Below are positions 25,689 through 39,270 of a DNA stretch of 64,000 bases, piece after piece. The translations under genes were made by a program, and so were the position numbers. The DNA lies in the NCBI RefSeq assembly GCF_009914755.1, contig NC_060925.1. The stretch is one strand, 5' to 3'. Numbering within the stretch: the first letter of the stretch is position 1; every line of letters begins with the position of its first letter. Source of the stretch: the human T2T-CHM13v2.0 reference genome, Homo sapiens. Below the pieces are notes generated by a model. The model saw only the letters and a list, made by a program, of their open reading frames with translations. It searched no databases and was not told the DNA's origin.

Positions 25689-27304
25689 GAGTTCTTCCCA
25701 TCCCTTACCCACCTTTACTATTCATAACCCTAAACCAGAGGCTAAGACCTGTTCACCTGCCAAGAGACAGCTTTAATGCAAACCGTTTGCTTTACTGCCC
25801 AGAGTTCTGTTGCTAATTATTCCCCATTCCCCATAATTGTGATTCAGTTAGTGGTTGGGCCCCTCACTCTGCAGTGTAGATTTATCTGCTGGTTCATTGC
25901 TTGAAGTATGTGACACTCCAATATTCAGGTAAATGAGAAATCAAAGGGCTTGAAGGCATGGTGAAAGGAAGTAGCTGCAGATATACATACAGCTGCCATT
26001 GTGTTCACTATAGAAGGCATCACCCAAGGGTGTATTATGCAATTGCCAGGTTAATTAAGGAATGCTATTACTAACATTATCTGCCACCTGACAGAATTAG
26101 AAATTAGAATAAACTAAAAATCATGAAAAAAAATTGTATAGTTTCTATCTTTGAGGATGTTATATTCTAGGTATAGAGGCACAGGAAAAATGAGAAACTT
26201 ATAAGATAGAAGACTTACAGAATAATTTTTTAAAGTTTTATTTTATTTTTAATTGACATAAAATAGTTTTTTTTATAGTAAGAATCTAATTGCCTCCAGT
26301 TTTAAAAGACATACCAACATTTTTGACAATTAAAGTAGGATGGCAGTAGGGGTAAGATAAAATGTTTGAAAGATAACAAAATATGTAATTGTTTTACTTT
26401 TTGCAATAAATGGTATTCTGTGTCTACTCCAAACAAAACAAAACATGCTTCTTTGTTCTCTCTATGTTCTCTCTGTTGCTAGTCTTAGCACTACACTCAT
26501 ATAAAAGGTAGAGAGTGGTACCATCACTGAGTACATGGCACATATCTGATATGTAAACAAGCAAGCAATCAAAACACCCAAGGCTGACACTAACTCTGCA
26601 GTGTGTAATACAGTCAACATTTAAAATCTGTTTCATAATCCAGTCAAACATCATCAGCCTAAACTACAGGAAACAAACAATGCATAAATCTTATTCTGAG
26701 ACCTTAGAAACAAAATACTTCTTAAATGGTAATACAGTTTTCTAAAAACTGACGATATCTGTTGCTCCAAAGAGATAACTAGGTTGAGCATTATAGCAAC
26801 ATCTGTAGAAACAAAGTGAAACCATCAGTATATGTCAACAACACTTGGCAGTACTTCTCTGCATCTAGTTGTATCAAGTAATAAGAACTCTGTAGAAAAG
26901 AGCTGTTAAAATTTCAAAAATAGTGGAATACTCATACATGAATCTCTGTCATAATAAAAAGCAATATCAGAGAATACAGCCCAAGAAAACTTAGTACGAT
27001 TAATTCATCAGGGAGAAAAATTTGACTCATTCTTCAATGAGGGAAGCCTCTGGGATCACATAAACAAAGAGCAGAGAGAGGAAAGAGCAAATCCCTGGGG
27101 AACAGCATTAGCATAATTGAACACTTAAATGCATAAGAAACAAATTGAGACCGCTTAAGTAAATAAGGAGAAAGCTATGTAAAGACAGCATCAAGATGCT
27201 ACAATTGATCTTTAACTGTTACCATCTCTAGAATTAAGTAGGGCAGATACCTCTAAGGACTAGTTCCTTAGCATTAAGCTAAATGGTTAGGCATGTGACT
27301 TTCT

Positions 27305-27525
27305 GCAGGGACAGCTTGCTTTGAACCCAAGTGCTAGCACCTGGCAAATGTTATAATCTTGGGCATGGTTTTTCTTTACATCATAGTTTCCTTATTGTAT
27401 ATAAAGCAAAATAATAATGCCACCTCATAGAATCCCATGGGTTTTAAATGAGTTAACTGGATAAAATATTTAACTTATGGTGCATGGCCCATCGTAAATA
27501 ACCAATAAATGTATTATTGTTATTA
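27305..27525 (+). mobile_element. MIR
   Basis: AGTTTCCTTATTGTA...ATAATAATGCCACCTCATAG...AAATGAGTTAA core. Confidence 0.7.
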
Positions 27526-28009
27526 AAGGTATGAAAAGGCATATCAGTTTAAAATATAAACTTATATAAGTAAGTGCAAAAGAATGGTTTGGTAATTAAT
27601 AGAACTTTTCTTTATATTACAAATCCAAATAACTCATAAATATCTAAATCAAGAGCACGTTAATTAAACCTCCATTAAAACTTGATTTCTTTACAAAAAA
27701 TTGAAAGGGAATTGAGTAACTTGAAGTATAAATCTTGCAATATTATAACCCAAGAGACAAAATTAAGATGGTAAGATGTCCAAATTATCTGATTTATGAA
27801 CTGTAATGACTTTAAAATACAGTAACAATTTTAGTTAGTATAACCAGATATGTGGACACTAATTAGCAAGTTGAATGTTGCATCAATCGTCTAGTCTAAG
27901 AAGTAGTTTTATCCATTTAATAGAAGTGATCATAGATAAGCTGTCTGTCGAAGTACAAAATATTTCTAATAATGTTATAAATATTAAGTTTACAAATTGG
28001 TAATTTTTT

Positions 28010-28400
28010 TAATAACGCGAGCACACCAGGTAACAGTGCCAAGAGCATGGCATAGAAAATAATCTATACCACAAAAGCCTCTCCTGTGCCTCTTCCTCAG
28101 TCATCATATACCTTAAAGGTAGTCGCTATTATGACTTCTATCAACTCGATTCATTTCAATTGATTTTGACATTTACCATGAAATTATATAGGACGTACTA
28201 TTTTGTGTTTGAGATTCTTCTGCTCAGCATGAATCTATGAGATTGATATGTACTGTTGCTAGAAATAGTACTCTTCTCTATTTCATTGCTGTATAATAGT
28301 TCATTATATAAATATATTGTGTAATATGTTTATTTCCTGTTTTATTATTGAGGGGGATTATTGTGAATTATTCTTAATGATCATTCTGTACATGTCTATG

Positions 28401-28435
<35 letters not shown>

Positions 28436-29165
28436 TTTCTATGTGGTGCCTAAGCAGGAATTGAATTGCTTGGTCATAATATATGCATGTATTTAGGTAT
28501 AGAAGCTGCTGATAACGTTTTTACATACTGACTGTACAATTTCCATCACCATCACAAGTGAATGAAAGTGCTGTCGATCCATTCATGTGCCCCCAATTGG
28601 TATTGTGAATTTTATTAAGTTGTATTCATTTAGGTGACTATATACCAGTATCTCATTGTGGTTTTAATTTACATTTTCTTAATATTTTATTACATTGAGC
28701 ACTGTTTCCTATGCTTGTTGGCCACTAGGATTATCTTGTTTTCATGTGTGAAAAGCCTACTCAAGTTTTTCATTTTTTAAGAAAGTTAATTGGTTTTATC
28801 ATTTATTCGTAAGATTTATTGAATAAGGATCCTTTACTGGATATTTGTATGACAGATATTGTCTCCTTTTTGGAAGCTTGCCTTTTGAATCTCTTAAAAG
28901 TATATTTTAATAAATGAAAGTTTTCAAATCTGATAAAATCTAATCTGTCAGTTTTTCTTTTATAATCAATGATCTTTTGTATCCTGTTTAAGGAATGTGT
29001 GCCAATCTCAAAGTTATGAGTACCTACCTAGGATAATTTCTAGAAATTTCATTCTATTACCTCTTACCTTATTTCTAGAATGCATTTCTAATTGATTTTT
29101 CAGCATGTTGCTTCTAGTACAGTTTGAAGTTAGCTTTCGTTTTTCAGATGAATATCATTTTAAAA
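28010..29165 (-). mobile_element. L1ME-like fragment containing a (TA)n tract at about 28402-28432
   Basis: Antisense L1 motifs GTATCTCATTGTGGTTTTAATTTACATTTTC and ATGCTTGTTGGCCA. Confidence 0.75.
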
Positions 29166-31239
29166 GACTTCTTGAAGTTGAGTAACATCTAGAGAAATTT
29201 CCCTACTACTCTTCTTTTGAGGATGCTATTGTAAATACTTTTGGGATTCTAACAATTCAAACATGTTTTTATAGCAGCAACTTTTCTTTTTTAATATATA
29301 GTCCCAATTACTAGGATTACCAATATAGTAGATATTTGGTTTAATCTACTCTTTCAAGATAACTTCTTTCAGGTTTTATTGAACCACTGCACAAGAGGGA
29401 AAGAAAAGGCAGATTAAGTAATGTTTCAAATTCATTGCTTTGTATTCTTTCAATTCTAATAGCATTAAACTGATTAAACAAGTGCTTTTATAGGGATTGT
29501 TCACCAAACTTTTCTCTAGGAAAAGAGACATAGTTATGGCCTCAAAAACCAATGCTTGCTTGCATATGCACTATTCTAAAGATTATCAACATAATCAACA
29601 TATGCTTATTGCAATAATTTATAATTGCATTATAATTATCAGATCTAAGTATGCACTGCCCTTAAGTAATGACCATTTTCTGTAAGTTGGATTTGTTAAT
29701 ACATTCACCCATATATTCATTCAACAAATATTTATAAAGCACAGGCTCAGTTAGGTTTTGTGGATGTATCACAAACATTTATATATTATATAAAATTAAA
29801 CGGATTTAAATGTCATTAAGTAATTTTCCATATATAAAACCTTCTTATTTTTTTAACCATGCAAAGTTTTGTTTTAGATTTTCATTTAAGTGTGACAAAT
29901 GTTATTAGTAATTAATGAACCATAATATAGGAAATTGATTGCTTTTAAAGTAATTTTCAGAATTGTGTTTTGAACAAATAACCCTTTGCCCCCAAAAACT
30001 TCATATACATTTTAAAAACATGCATAATTTCTGCTGCATTTTTCTATATATTTGAAACCCACATTTTATTGAAAATAACATAGTATGTTAAACTGTGATT
30101 AATATTTAAGAAAACAAATGGTTATATAATGTAGAATAAATTCAGAAATAGAATTTGAGATTATTTTTAATTGTGATGTAAGTATGCACAATATAAAGTT
30201 TTAGCTTCTTAAATGTAAATATGCAATGCTACATTCCAGTGATATTGCATTGGATTAATGATGCAGAAAAGGTGGTTTACAAAATAAAACCTTATATGCA
30301 AAATAGGATATATAAAGCAAATAAAGAGAAAATAAATAAAGCATTTTTATAGTACTACAAAGCATGCTGAAACAAAATAATTAAGTAGTTAAGTCTTAGC
30401 TTAATTATAGCTTAGCCAACAATTCAGTGTTAGCTTAACCAAATAAAGTAGCCTTAAGGAAATTTGGATTTAGATCCTGCCTCCATTGTTCATGTAGCAA
30501 GAAGTGTGGTCTTGTCAACAAAAACTACTCAGCCACCACCAGATTGAAATATGGGCTGCCTAACCAAAGGAAGACAAAAAGAATGGTGTATGATCAGTTT
30601 GTGAAAATAATTGTATATTAGCATAGAAAATTACACTTACTACAAAAAAACTGAACCTGATCTGCAAGGATGTAGAACAGATGAAAATTTTGCAGACTAT
30701 AAAATGAGGAGATAATGGGAAAATTCTAAAGACACGTTTAGACAATCAGTGAAACTATTCTTGCACAAATCAAGCTGTGTAGATTACTTTGTATGGAACA
30801 GAATAGGGAATGATCTGTTTTTTTTTTCTTTAATTATAAGTTTAAGATGAAGAATTTTTCCAAGTCTTCATTGTATCCTCACTGCCTAATGAATATTCAT
30901 AAAAACCTTAATATCTCTCTTCTTTCATTGTTTTAATCTAATTAATCATTAAGCATTAGGCAAATAATCATTGAGATGTATCTGTTGGAACTGTCACAAG
31001 TCAGATTTACTCTTATGTCAACGATGGTTGAATGAAATGCAAAGGCGTTATTGGTGCCCTCGACTCTAATCTCTTGGCCACTTCATCTAAACCACACAAC
31101 ATATTGTGACAAGTCTATTATTTTATTGTAGCATTTTGCCATATGAAGCTACCATCATTTTCACTTGTATCAAATATAGCCATTTATCTTTTTTTCACCT
31201 TTACTTTCCAACCATACTTCTGCCATTGGCTGATATGTG

Positions 31240-31306
31240 CTTTTACTATTATTATGATTTCTCATTATTTCTCTTTTACTATTATTATGACTTGATCATT
31301 ATTTCT
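31240..31306 (+). repeat. ~33-bp tandem duplication
   Basis: CTTTTACTATTATTATGA...TCATTATTTCT occurs twice. Confidence 0.85.
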
Positions 31307-31795
31307 GTCATCTATTGTTTATAGACATAATTAAGCTATGTGTTAATTTGGTGCTTTTAAGTGATATTGAGAATTCATTGTCCCCTTATAATATCATTTC
31401 CTTGTGAAAATATTTTGAATTCTAATAAACTGCTCTTGCAATCAGGTTTGTATATATAAAGTGAGCACTGAAGATAATACATAACTTACAGTTGTTATTT
31501 GATATGTTATATTTTCACAAATATTAACTATCTGTTTCTTATTATAATGCAATCAATTTTTTAAATTACTTTTTATCTGATTTATCCTCCTATTGCGTAC
31601 CCAATTCTGCTCTGTAGTTTCAAGACTTTATAAACTTCAGTTTTGTGTTCACTCATTTAGTCCACGAGTACATATGAAATGTTCAAACTGAAGCAGAAGA
31701 TACACTGGAAACTGGAAATTCACTAGTGAAAATCACATATGTACCCTCTGGACCCAAAGAGCCACTACACTTCAAGAGAAACACTTAGATGTGTT

Positions 31796-32361
31796 GTATT
31801 AGTTTTCTATTGCTTTTTAAACATATTACAACAAATTTAGTGACTTAAAACCCTCATTTATTATATCACAGGTTTGTGAGTCAGAGGTCCAGGTACAAGG
31901 TGGCTCTGCTGGGTCCTCCACTCGGGTCCTCCCAGGACCAAAATTAAATTATTTGCTCTCCTTGGCTTTTATCTAGATGCTCTGGTTAGGACTCAACTTC
32001 CAATTTCATTCAGGTTGTTCTCAGAATTCAGTTACTTGGAGTTGTATGACTAAAGTCCCTGTTTTCTTGCCACTTCATCTTTAAGCCAACAAGTACACAC
32101 TGGATTTTTCTTGTGCTTCAAATCTCTGACTTCCTCTTCTGCTATCAGAATGAGAAAAATCCCTGCTTCTGATGGTGCTTCTGATTATGTTAAACCCATC
32201 CACATAGTCCACATAGCCCATCCACATAGCATAATCTTTCTAATTTAAGGTCATTTGATTGGTAACCTTAATTACAACTGCAAAGCCCTTTAGCCATGTA
32301 ATATATTTATGAAAGTATCGCCAAGGAGCAAATTACAAAAGCCAAAATTTTGTCTACCACA
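31796..32361 (-). mobile_element. MLT1 (MLT1D/E-like) solo LTR
   Basis: TGTATTAGTTTTCTATTGCT...ACAAATTTAGTGACTTAAAAC start; TTTTGTCTACCACA end. Confidence 0.8.
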
Positions 32362-32631
32362 CATGTAGACTGAAACATCTTTATATGTATCTTCATGGTT
32401 TTCAAGAACAAAAATCTGGAAACAACTCTAAAACTTATCTTAAAAAATACAAGTAAACTGTTATAAATTGGCAAGCTGAAAGATTACCAGAATTTAAAAT
32501 GAATGAGATATAACTACAAACTATACGATGCATCTTAATAATAGATTGACTTAAATCAAAAGTAAACAAAACTAAAAGTGGGAATCTTAAGAAATAGAAA
32601 TGACAAATAACATAATTTAAGACAATTATTG

Positions 32632-32953
<322 letters not shown>

Positions 32954-33079
32954 TCAGAAACTCATCAGTAGATTTAAGGTAATATCAATTAAGTATTTAA
33001 GGTGATATATGAAGATAGACAATTAGAATTCCTAGAATCAAGTGGTGGTGCAGGGAAGAGCAGTTATTGTTGCTCTGGA

Positions 33080-33700
33080 AATCTGTGTCAAGTCTCTGTG
33101 TCTAGAGAATGATAGAAGAAGCTGTTGTGACTTGAGCATAGAGAAGGTCACAGATAGGCTGGAGAGGCATGGCCCAGATATAGTGAGAAGCAGGGAAGTG
33201 GCATGATTGAACATATTTTTAAAAAATGACTTTGTTGATAAAAGATTTGCAGTTGGGCATTAATGGAAGTGGAGAAAACAGATAGAAAATTATGTCATGA
33301 GATCACAGAGACCCCTACAGAGTCTATTGAAAATGAGTGTAATTAATAAAAAACAACAAAGTACTCAAAGGAAAACTACCACCATGATTCTAAGATGTTT
33401 GACTTGAATGAATGAAAGAATGGAATTACCATTTACAAAGATAGGAAATAGAGAAGAGAGGAGATTTAAAGGGTCGTTGGAACTTCAGAATTGCATTTGA
33501 GCTTGAGAAGCTTATTGCACATCCAAAGGGAGATGTCAAGCAGGCAATTGTGTACACTGTTGTGGAATTCAGGGAAATGTCAGAAATGAAAGGTAAATTT
33601 GTGAATTTTTAGAATATATGTAGTACTTAAAAGTCATGATTCCAGCTGAGGATGTATGGAATCAATGTAACCTGAGTAGTCCTGGGACTCCCCAACATGG
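33080..33700 (-). mobile_element. L2 fragment
   Basis: CACATCCAAAGGGAGATGTCAAGCAGGCAATTG resembles antisense L2. Confidence 0.7.
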
Positions 33701-33703
33701 ATA

Positions 33704-33902
33704 AAACTAATATATATATAGATACTCATATAGTGAGATATATATACATATAAAAACATGAATATATATGTACACATATATATACTCATAGTGAGATATA
33801 TATACATATATAAACATGAATAAATATATATACATATATACTCATATAGTGAGATATATATATAAACATGAATATATATTCACATATACTCATATAGTGA
33901 GA
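33704..33902. repeat. AT-rich minisatellite, ~50-60 bp unit, about 3.5 copies
   Basis: Recurring TACTCATA(TA)GTGAGATATA...AAACATGAATA. Confidence 0.9.
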
Positions 33903-34764
33903 GTTAAATTAAATTATATTAATTATGTATAATATATAATACATGAAGAAAATGTATAATATAAAAATGAAAAATCATATGCTTGTATATACAGTGGGTA
34001 TGTAGTAAAAATATAAAAATTATGAACAGGAAATAATTCACAAAATATCAGGATAATGGATGCCTCTGAGAATGGTGGAGAAAGAATGAAATTGGGAAAA
34101 GTATACAAATGGCTTTCAATTTGGGCTTTAAAGTTTTATTTCTAAGAAAAACAATTTGAAACATTGGAAAGTTGATTACATGGCAGGTAAGAAATTAGAC
34201 AAAATGACATAGTGCATTTAAAGAATTCTATTTAGATGTTTGTCTCCAGAATAAATGAAGTAGAGAGATAGGAACATAATTGAAGAAGGTTATTGCTTTT
34301 AAGTTTTTTTTTAAAGTTTTTTTACTGTTTTGCATTTTTCGTTTGTTTAATTTTATAAGAAAGGTGGTATGTAATCATGCCTTTCAGTGCTTATGGAGAA
34401 ACAGCTATTGTTAAGAAAGAGATAAATTCATCATTATAATGGAAATGGAAATAGGAGAAGATAGTTGTAGCTGCAATACATTGATGTATTTGCTTTTGGC
34501 AAGATTGACCAGTTCCTGTTTTTTGGCTTCTATTTTTTTTCTAAAGTATGAGGCAACCCAATAGCTGAGATTTACAGCAATGGAGGACGCTGGAAATTTG
34601 GGAGACATAAAGGTTTGAAATTGTAAATTGTGGAAAATAGCAACACAAATTATTATAGAATTATTCTTAAAAACCTATGTGGTTTTTAGAACTTAGTTGA
34701 AGTTGAGGATATTGGTAACAATTGGCAACAATTTATATGGGTAATAATTTGTATATTTCCCCAG

Positions 34765-34952
34765 GAAATCTCAGATGGTTGTCTACAGTTACAAGGGGGA
34801 TTGTTGGACTGATTTGTGATTTTTCTGGGAATGCAACTCAAGTTAGAAGAGGCCATTATCTGAAAGAAGAAGAAGCACCAGCTGATGTGTTGGTTATTTT
34901 AGGGCGACATTTGCAGTTGCTTGGGCAATATCATGAGCCTCACCTCATGCAG
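34765..34952 (+). other. Candidate exon (188 bp)
   Basis: TATTTCCCCAG|GA ... CAG|GTAAGA. Confidence 0.3.
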
Positions 34953-35761
34953 GTAAGATCTGGATGGGCACTAGATGACAGTGCACAGCTTGTATTTCTT
35001 TCAAAGGAGCGTTCACTTTCAACTACACAAGGCATGATTTCTAGACTATTTTCTGAAAGGCTGGAAAGTGAATGTGAAGTTCTGAAGACTTGGTCCCTGG
35101 CTCTGCAACCAAACTTTTTTTCTTCCTTCAAAACAGCAATGCTTTGCTCCCTGAGTGGGACTGGCATCGTGGAAATTCAGGAATTGGTCAGATTCCAAGT
35201 TTTGTCAGTTTCACCACTGAATATAAACCTCAGTTCATTAAATAAAAGTTTGTCCTATTCCATGGCAATTTATCTATGAAAATTGCTGTTTTAAATGTTA
35301 AATGAAGTTGAAGTGGTTTGTCACTCATTGTCTCCCTTCAAATCCAATAATTAAATCTATCGGCACTTCGGACTGTTGTTATAACATGGAACATGGCTAC
35401 GTAAAATGAAGGATTATTGTGTCCTTGATCTTCATTTATTGTCCAATAAGCCATATGGTTAGGAAAAATAATATTTGAGATTCATCCTCATTTGTTCAGT
35501 AAACCATTTTACAAATTGCATCATTATTGTTTTGGAAGTACCTTTATAAAAATGTGTCTTAAGCTTTAAATCCCATGTATTACTCATGATTATTTGCAGA
35601 CATCCACTCAAACTAATTTAGCAAATAAAGGTATGTATAGGCTCACATCACATATGGAGTTCAGTAAAGAACTGTCTTCTATGCAGGCCACAGACAATAG
35701 TCAAATTAGGTTTTTAAGACTTTTTTTCTTTGCCATTATTTCTCCTTTATACTTTGCCTCT

Positions 35762-36105
35762 TGTCTTAACTCTGGTTGCTATAACAAAATAACATGCACT
35801 AGGCGGCTTAAAAACATACATTTATTTCTTACAGTTCTGAAGGCTAAGAAGTCCAAGATTAAGATGCCAGCTGACTCAGTGTCTGATGAGGGCCCTCTTC
35901 CTGGTTTTCAGATAGTCAACTTCTTACTGGATCCTCACATGATGGAGAGAGGAAGCTTATAAGAATGCTAACATTATGGTGGCTTTATTCTCATCACTTC
36001 ATCTAAACCTAATTACCTCTCAAAGGCCCCACTTCCTAATGCCATCACATTGGAGTATAGGGTTTCAACATATACATTTGGGAGGATACAGCATTCAGTC
36101 GATAA
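35762..36105 (-). mobile_element. MLT1A/MLT1A0 solo LTR, apparently nested in an older MLT1 relic
   Basis: GCTATAACAAAATA...CAGTTCTGAAGGCTAAGAAGTCCAAGATTAAG...GGTTTCAACATATACATTTGGG. Confidence 0.85.
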
Positions 36106-36380
36106 TCTTTCTCCTTGCTTTCCTCTTTTAGACTCTTACTGTAGATGAATTTCCTTAATGTAGCAGGACATGACTGTCAATATCCTGGGCATATGCCTGT
36201 ACAGCTTTTAACTGTCCTGTAGAGATGACACTAGCACATACTTTGCTAATGTCATATGATTCAAATTTAAAATAGAGGTTTTTGGAAAAAAATTATAAAT
36301 GAAGCATACCCAATTCCCTGAGCCTGTGTTATTCCACAGAGAATTGTGCTTAGGCCAAGTATATCTGATGGTAAAGATAG

Positions 36381-36750
<370 letters not shown>

Positions 36751-36967
36751 CACTCTACATATTTATAAGGAAAGAGAGTCATACACATCTAGTCAATTAT
36801 ATTAAAAATAGGAGATTACTGGTCAAGAAGAGCCTCTAGAACTAAGTGGCTTGTATGAGCCTGCTCCTCTCTTGATATGGATAATTGAGACATGCTAAGA
36901 AATATCTTTTTCTTACTGCATAGTCAGATTCATCTCATCTCATAACCTAAAAGGAAGACATATGTCT

Positions 36968-37826
36968 CCACACCACTTCTATAGTTCTTGTCTCCCAGCA
37001 GCTTGAACCCACTCTTCTTCATTCAGCTTTGCAATTCTGGTGCTGAGACTCTGCAAGCTATGTTTTTGCTTTGTCAGCTGGCTCCCTGTGAAGCTCTGCC
37101 AATCTTGGGCACTAGAGGGAGAGAGCAAGGCTGGAAAGGGAAGAAGGAAGACTTGCTCTTTTCTGTTTGTTCCCTGTGTACTTCTAGACTGCTTCCTGTT
37201 CCTGTGGGTATTACCCCAACAACAATTCCCAGCAGTAGCAGGGCTTTCCCACAGCAGCAGCTGAATTCAGTTTGCAGTTTCTTCCACACTGACATATTTA
37301 GCCTCATTACTTGCCTCTCAGAGCTACCAACAACACCTGCCTGTGTCCTCTCTTTACAGGTCTGGGTCCCAGACCCAAAGACTGCTCCTCCATACTCAGA
37401 GATACCAGCACTAACAGAGCAGCTCCTCTTCTTCAGTACAGATGCTTCTCAACTTACAATGAGGTTATACCCTTATAAACACATGGTAAGTTGAAAATAT
37501 CGTTAAGTCAAAAATGCATTTTAATAGCTCAATAAATCCATAGTAAAGTTGAAAAGTTGTAAGAAAATCCAAGGCAAGTAGAGCACTGTCTGTAGTCCAT
37601 GTTTCAACTCTTGGGACCCATCCTCTAAGTTTCTACATTTTAATTGTTTTAGCCTCTTCCCTTTGTTCCTTTAGCTATAAGGGTGATAGCTTCTTTCTAT
37701 AGTTGCTACCTCTGTAATACCTTACAGCTCTCTTTTGATCCTTTCAGTTACTTTAACAATATTTTTATATAAAATAATCCTGTTCAATAACTGGCAGTTT
37801 CCTTCTTTTGACTAGACCCTGATACA
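36968..37826. mobile_element. LTR41-like ERVL solo LTR
   Basis: GCTGGCTCCCTGTGAAGCTCTGCCAAT...CTAGAGGGAGA; CTCTTCCCTTTGTTCC; TTGCTACCTCTGTAATACCTTA; ends ACCCTGATACA. Confidence 0.75.
37439..37592 (+). mobile_element. MER47/Tigger5-family MITE inside the LTR41-like element
   Basis: TA|CAGATGCTTCTCAACTTACAATGAGGTTA...CACTGTCTG|TA. Confidence 0.8.
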
Positions 37827-37849
37827 CCCTTCAAAATTTATTCATAAAA

Positions 37850-38109
37850 GTTCAAGATAGGATTCTAGTAGCTCAGGCTCAGGTCATATATCTCCCTCTT
37901 GGCCATTTGCTATGTATGATCCAGTGGAACTATGATTGACATAACCTAGGCCAAATGCTCGGGTCTATGGCTGAGATGAGGGGCACTATGATTGATAGTT
38001 TCAGAAGGATCATATGGATTTAGAGAAATTCTCCAAAGAAACAGATTGCTGTCCCCAGAATAATAGGGATGAAATGCCTGCTGAGGTGGGGGGGCTTTAG
38101 CTACCACAG
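37850..38109 (-). mobile_element. Old MLT1 (J/K/L-like) fragment
   Basis: CTATGATTGAC...GCACTATGATTGATAGT...; ends CTACCACA. Confidence 0.5.
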
Positions 38110-38937
38110 ATAGCTAACATAGCACTGCCTCTCTACCTATAGGTATATATGTTTATTAATGGGTCCAAATTAGTAAGGTATAAACATGATATTATGTTCT
38201 ACTCTAGTCATTGCTTTTAGCCATATCCTGCAATACATTTTATTATCCCTGAAAATATATTCAGCAGGTTTTAATACTTGCCATCACTTTCAATTAGAAC
38301 AAATCGATGTGGTTCTAAATTTCAACCCTATCTTCAGCTCAAAGTTTTTATCCTTCCTTTGCTATCTGAAATTATTGTTCCTCATCCCTCCACAGTCATA
38401 GGTGAAAGAAAGAAGGAAAGAGACATGTTTGTCATTGAGATACCTCCTCCCTTTGTTTTCTGTAAATTCTGTGTCCTGCAGTGTGTGCTAGAGCACATTG
38501 ATAGGAGAGGAAAAATTACCAATGCCTCTTCATTAACCAGTTTTGTAGATTTCTTTGTTGGTTAATTGCAACAGCTTTTTTGGCCACCACAGAGATCCTC
38601 TGTGTGGTAAGTGTTCTAATGAACTGGGCACATGAGTAAGTTCTCCTGGAGCTGCTGTTCTCCTCACTGTATATATAGTTCCCTGATTTAGGAAAGCTGG
38701 CTCAGGCATTCTTGGCAGTCTAGCTCTCTGCCTGTGGCAGAGTATTTTACCTAGCAGGACAACTTCACATGGCGGTGCCAGCCAAGTGGCTCACATAGAA
38801 CTACTTCTAGTTTCCCTTGACTGACAGAAAATTCAGACATTCATATCAAGTCATCATCATCAATGTCACTGCTTCCTCCACTTGATATTTAAATGAGGAA
38901 AAGTTAGCCACAGGGAATCAGCATCATGGTAAGATAT

Positions 38938-39270
38938 TGTGATTGTTAATTTTATATTTCAGTGTGGCTGGGTCATGGCTCCCAGATATATGGTCAGACA
39001 TTATTCTGAATGTTTCTGTGAGGGTGTGTTCAAGTGAGACTAACATTTAAATTAGTTGAATTTGAGTAAAGCAGATTATTTCTATAATGTAGGTGAGCCT
39101 CATCCAATCAGTTGAAGGCCTGAATAGAACAAAAGACTAACATTCAGCAAGAGGGAAGTCTGCAACAGATGGCCTTCAAATTTGAACTGAAACATTGAAT
39201 TTTTCTGGGTCTTCAGACTGATGGTCTTGGGCTTAAACTGCAGCTTTGACTCCTCCCTAAGTCTCCAACT
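38938..39270 (+). mobile_element. MLT2C/D-like LTR, 3' truncated
   Basis: TGTGATTGTTAATTTTAT start; CCTCATCCAATCAGTTGAAGGCCTGAATAGAACAAAAG. Confidence 0.85.

Noticed and set aside
33704-33902. CRISPR-like repeat-spacer array
   Set aside because: The 'spacers' are themselves repeated low-complexity TA sequence, there are no cas genes, and the context is eukaryotic.
34722-35279. 185-aa ORF, the longest in the window, as a gene
   Set aside because: TTG start, no recognisable domain, and it runs through a splice-donor-like site and a MIR-like patch near 35060-35110. A chance frame of this length is plausible.
36988-37494. 168-aa ORF
   Set aside because: Lies within the LTR41-like element and reads into the MER47 insert.
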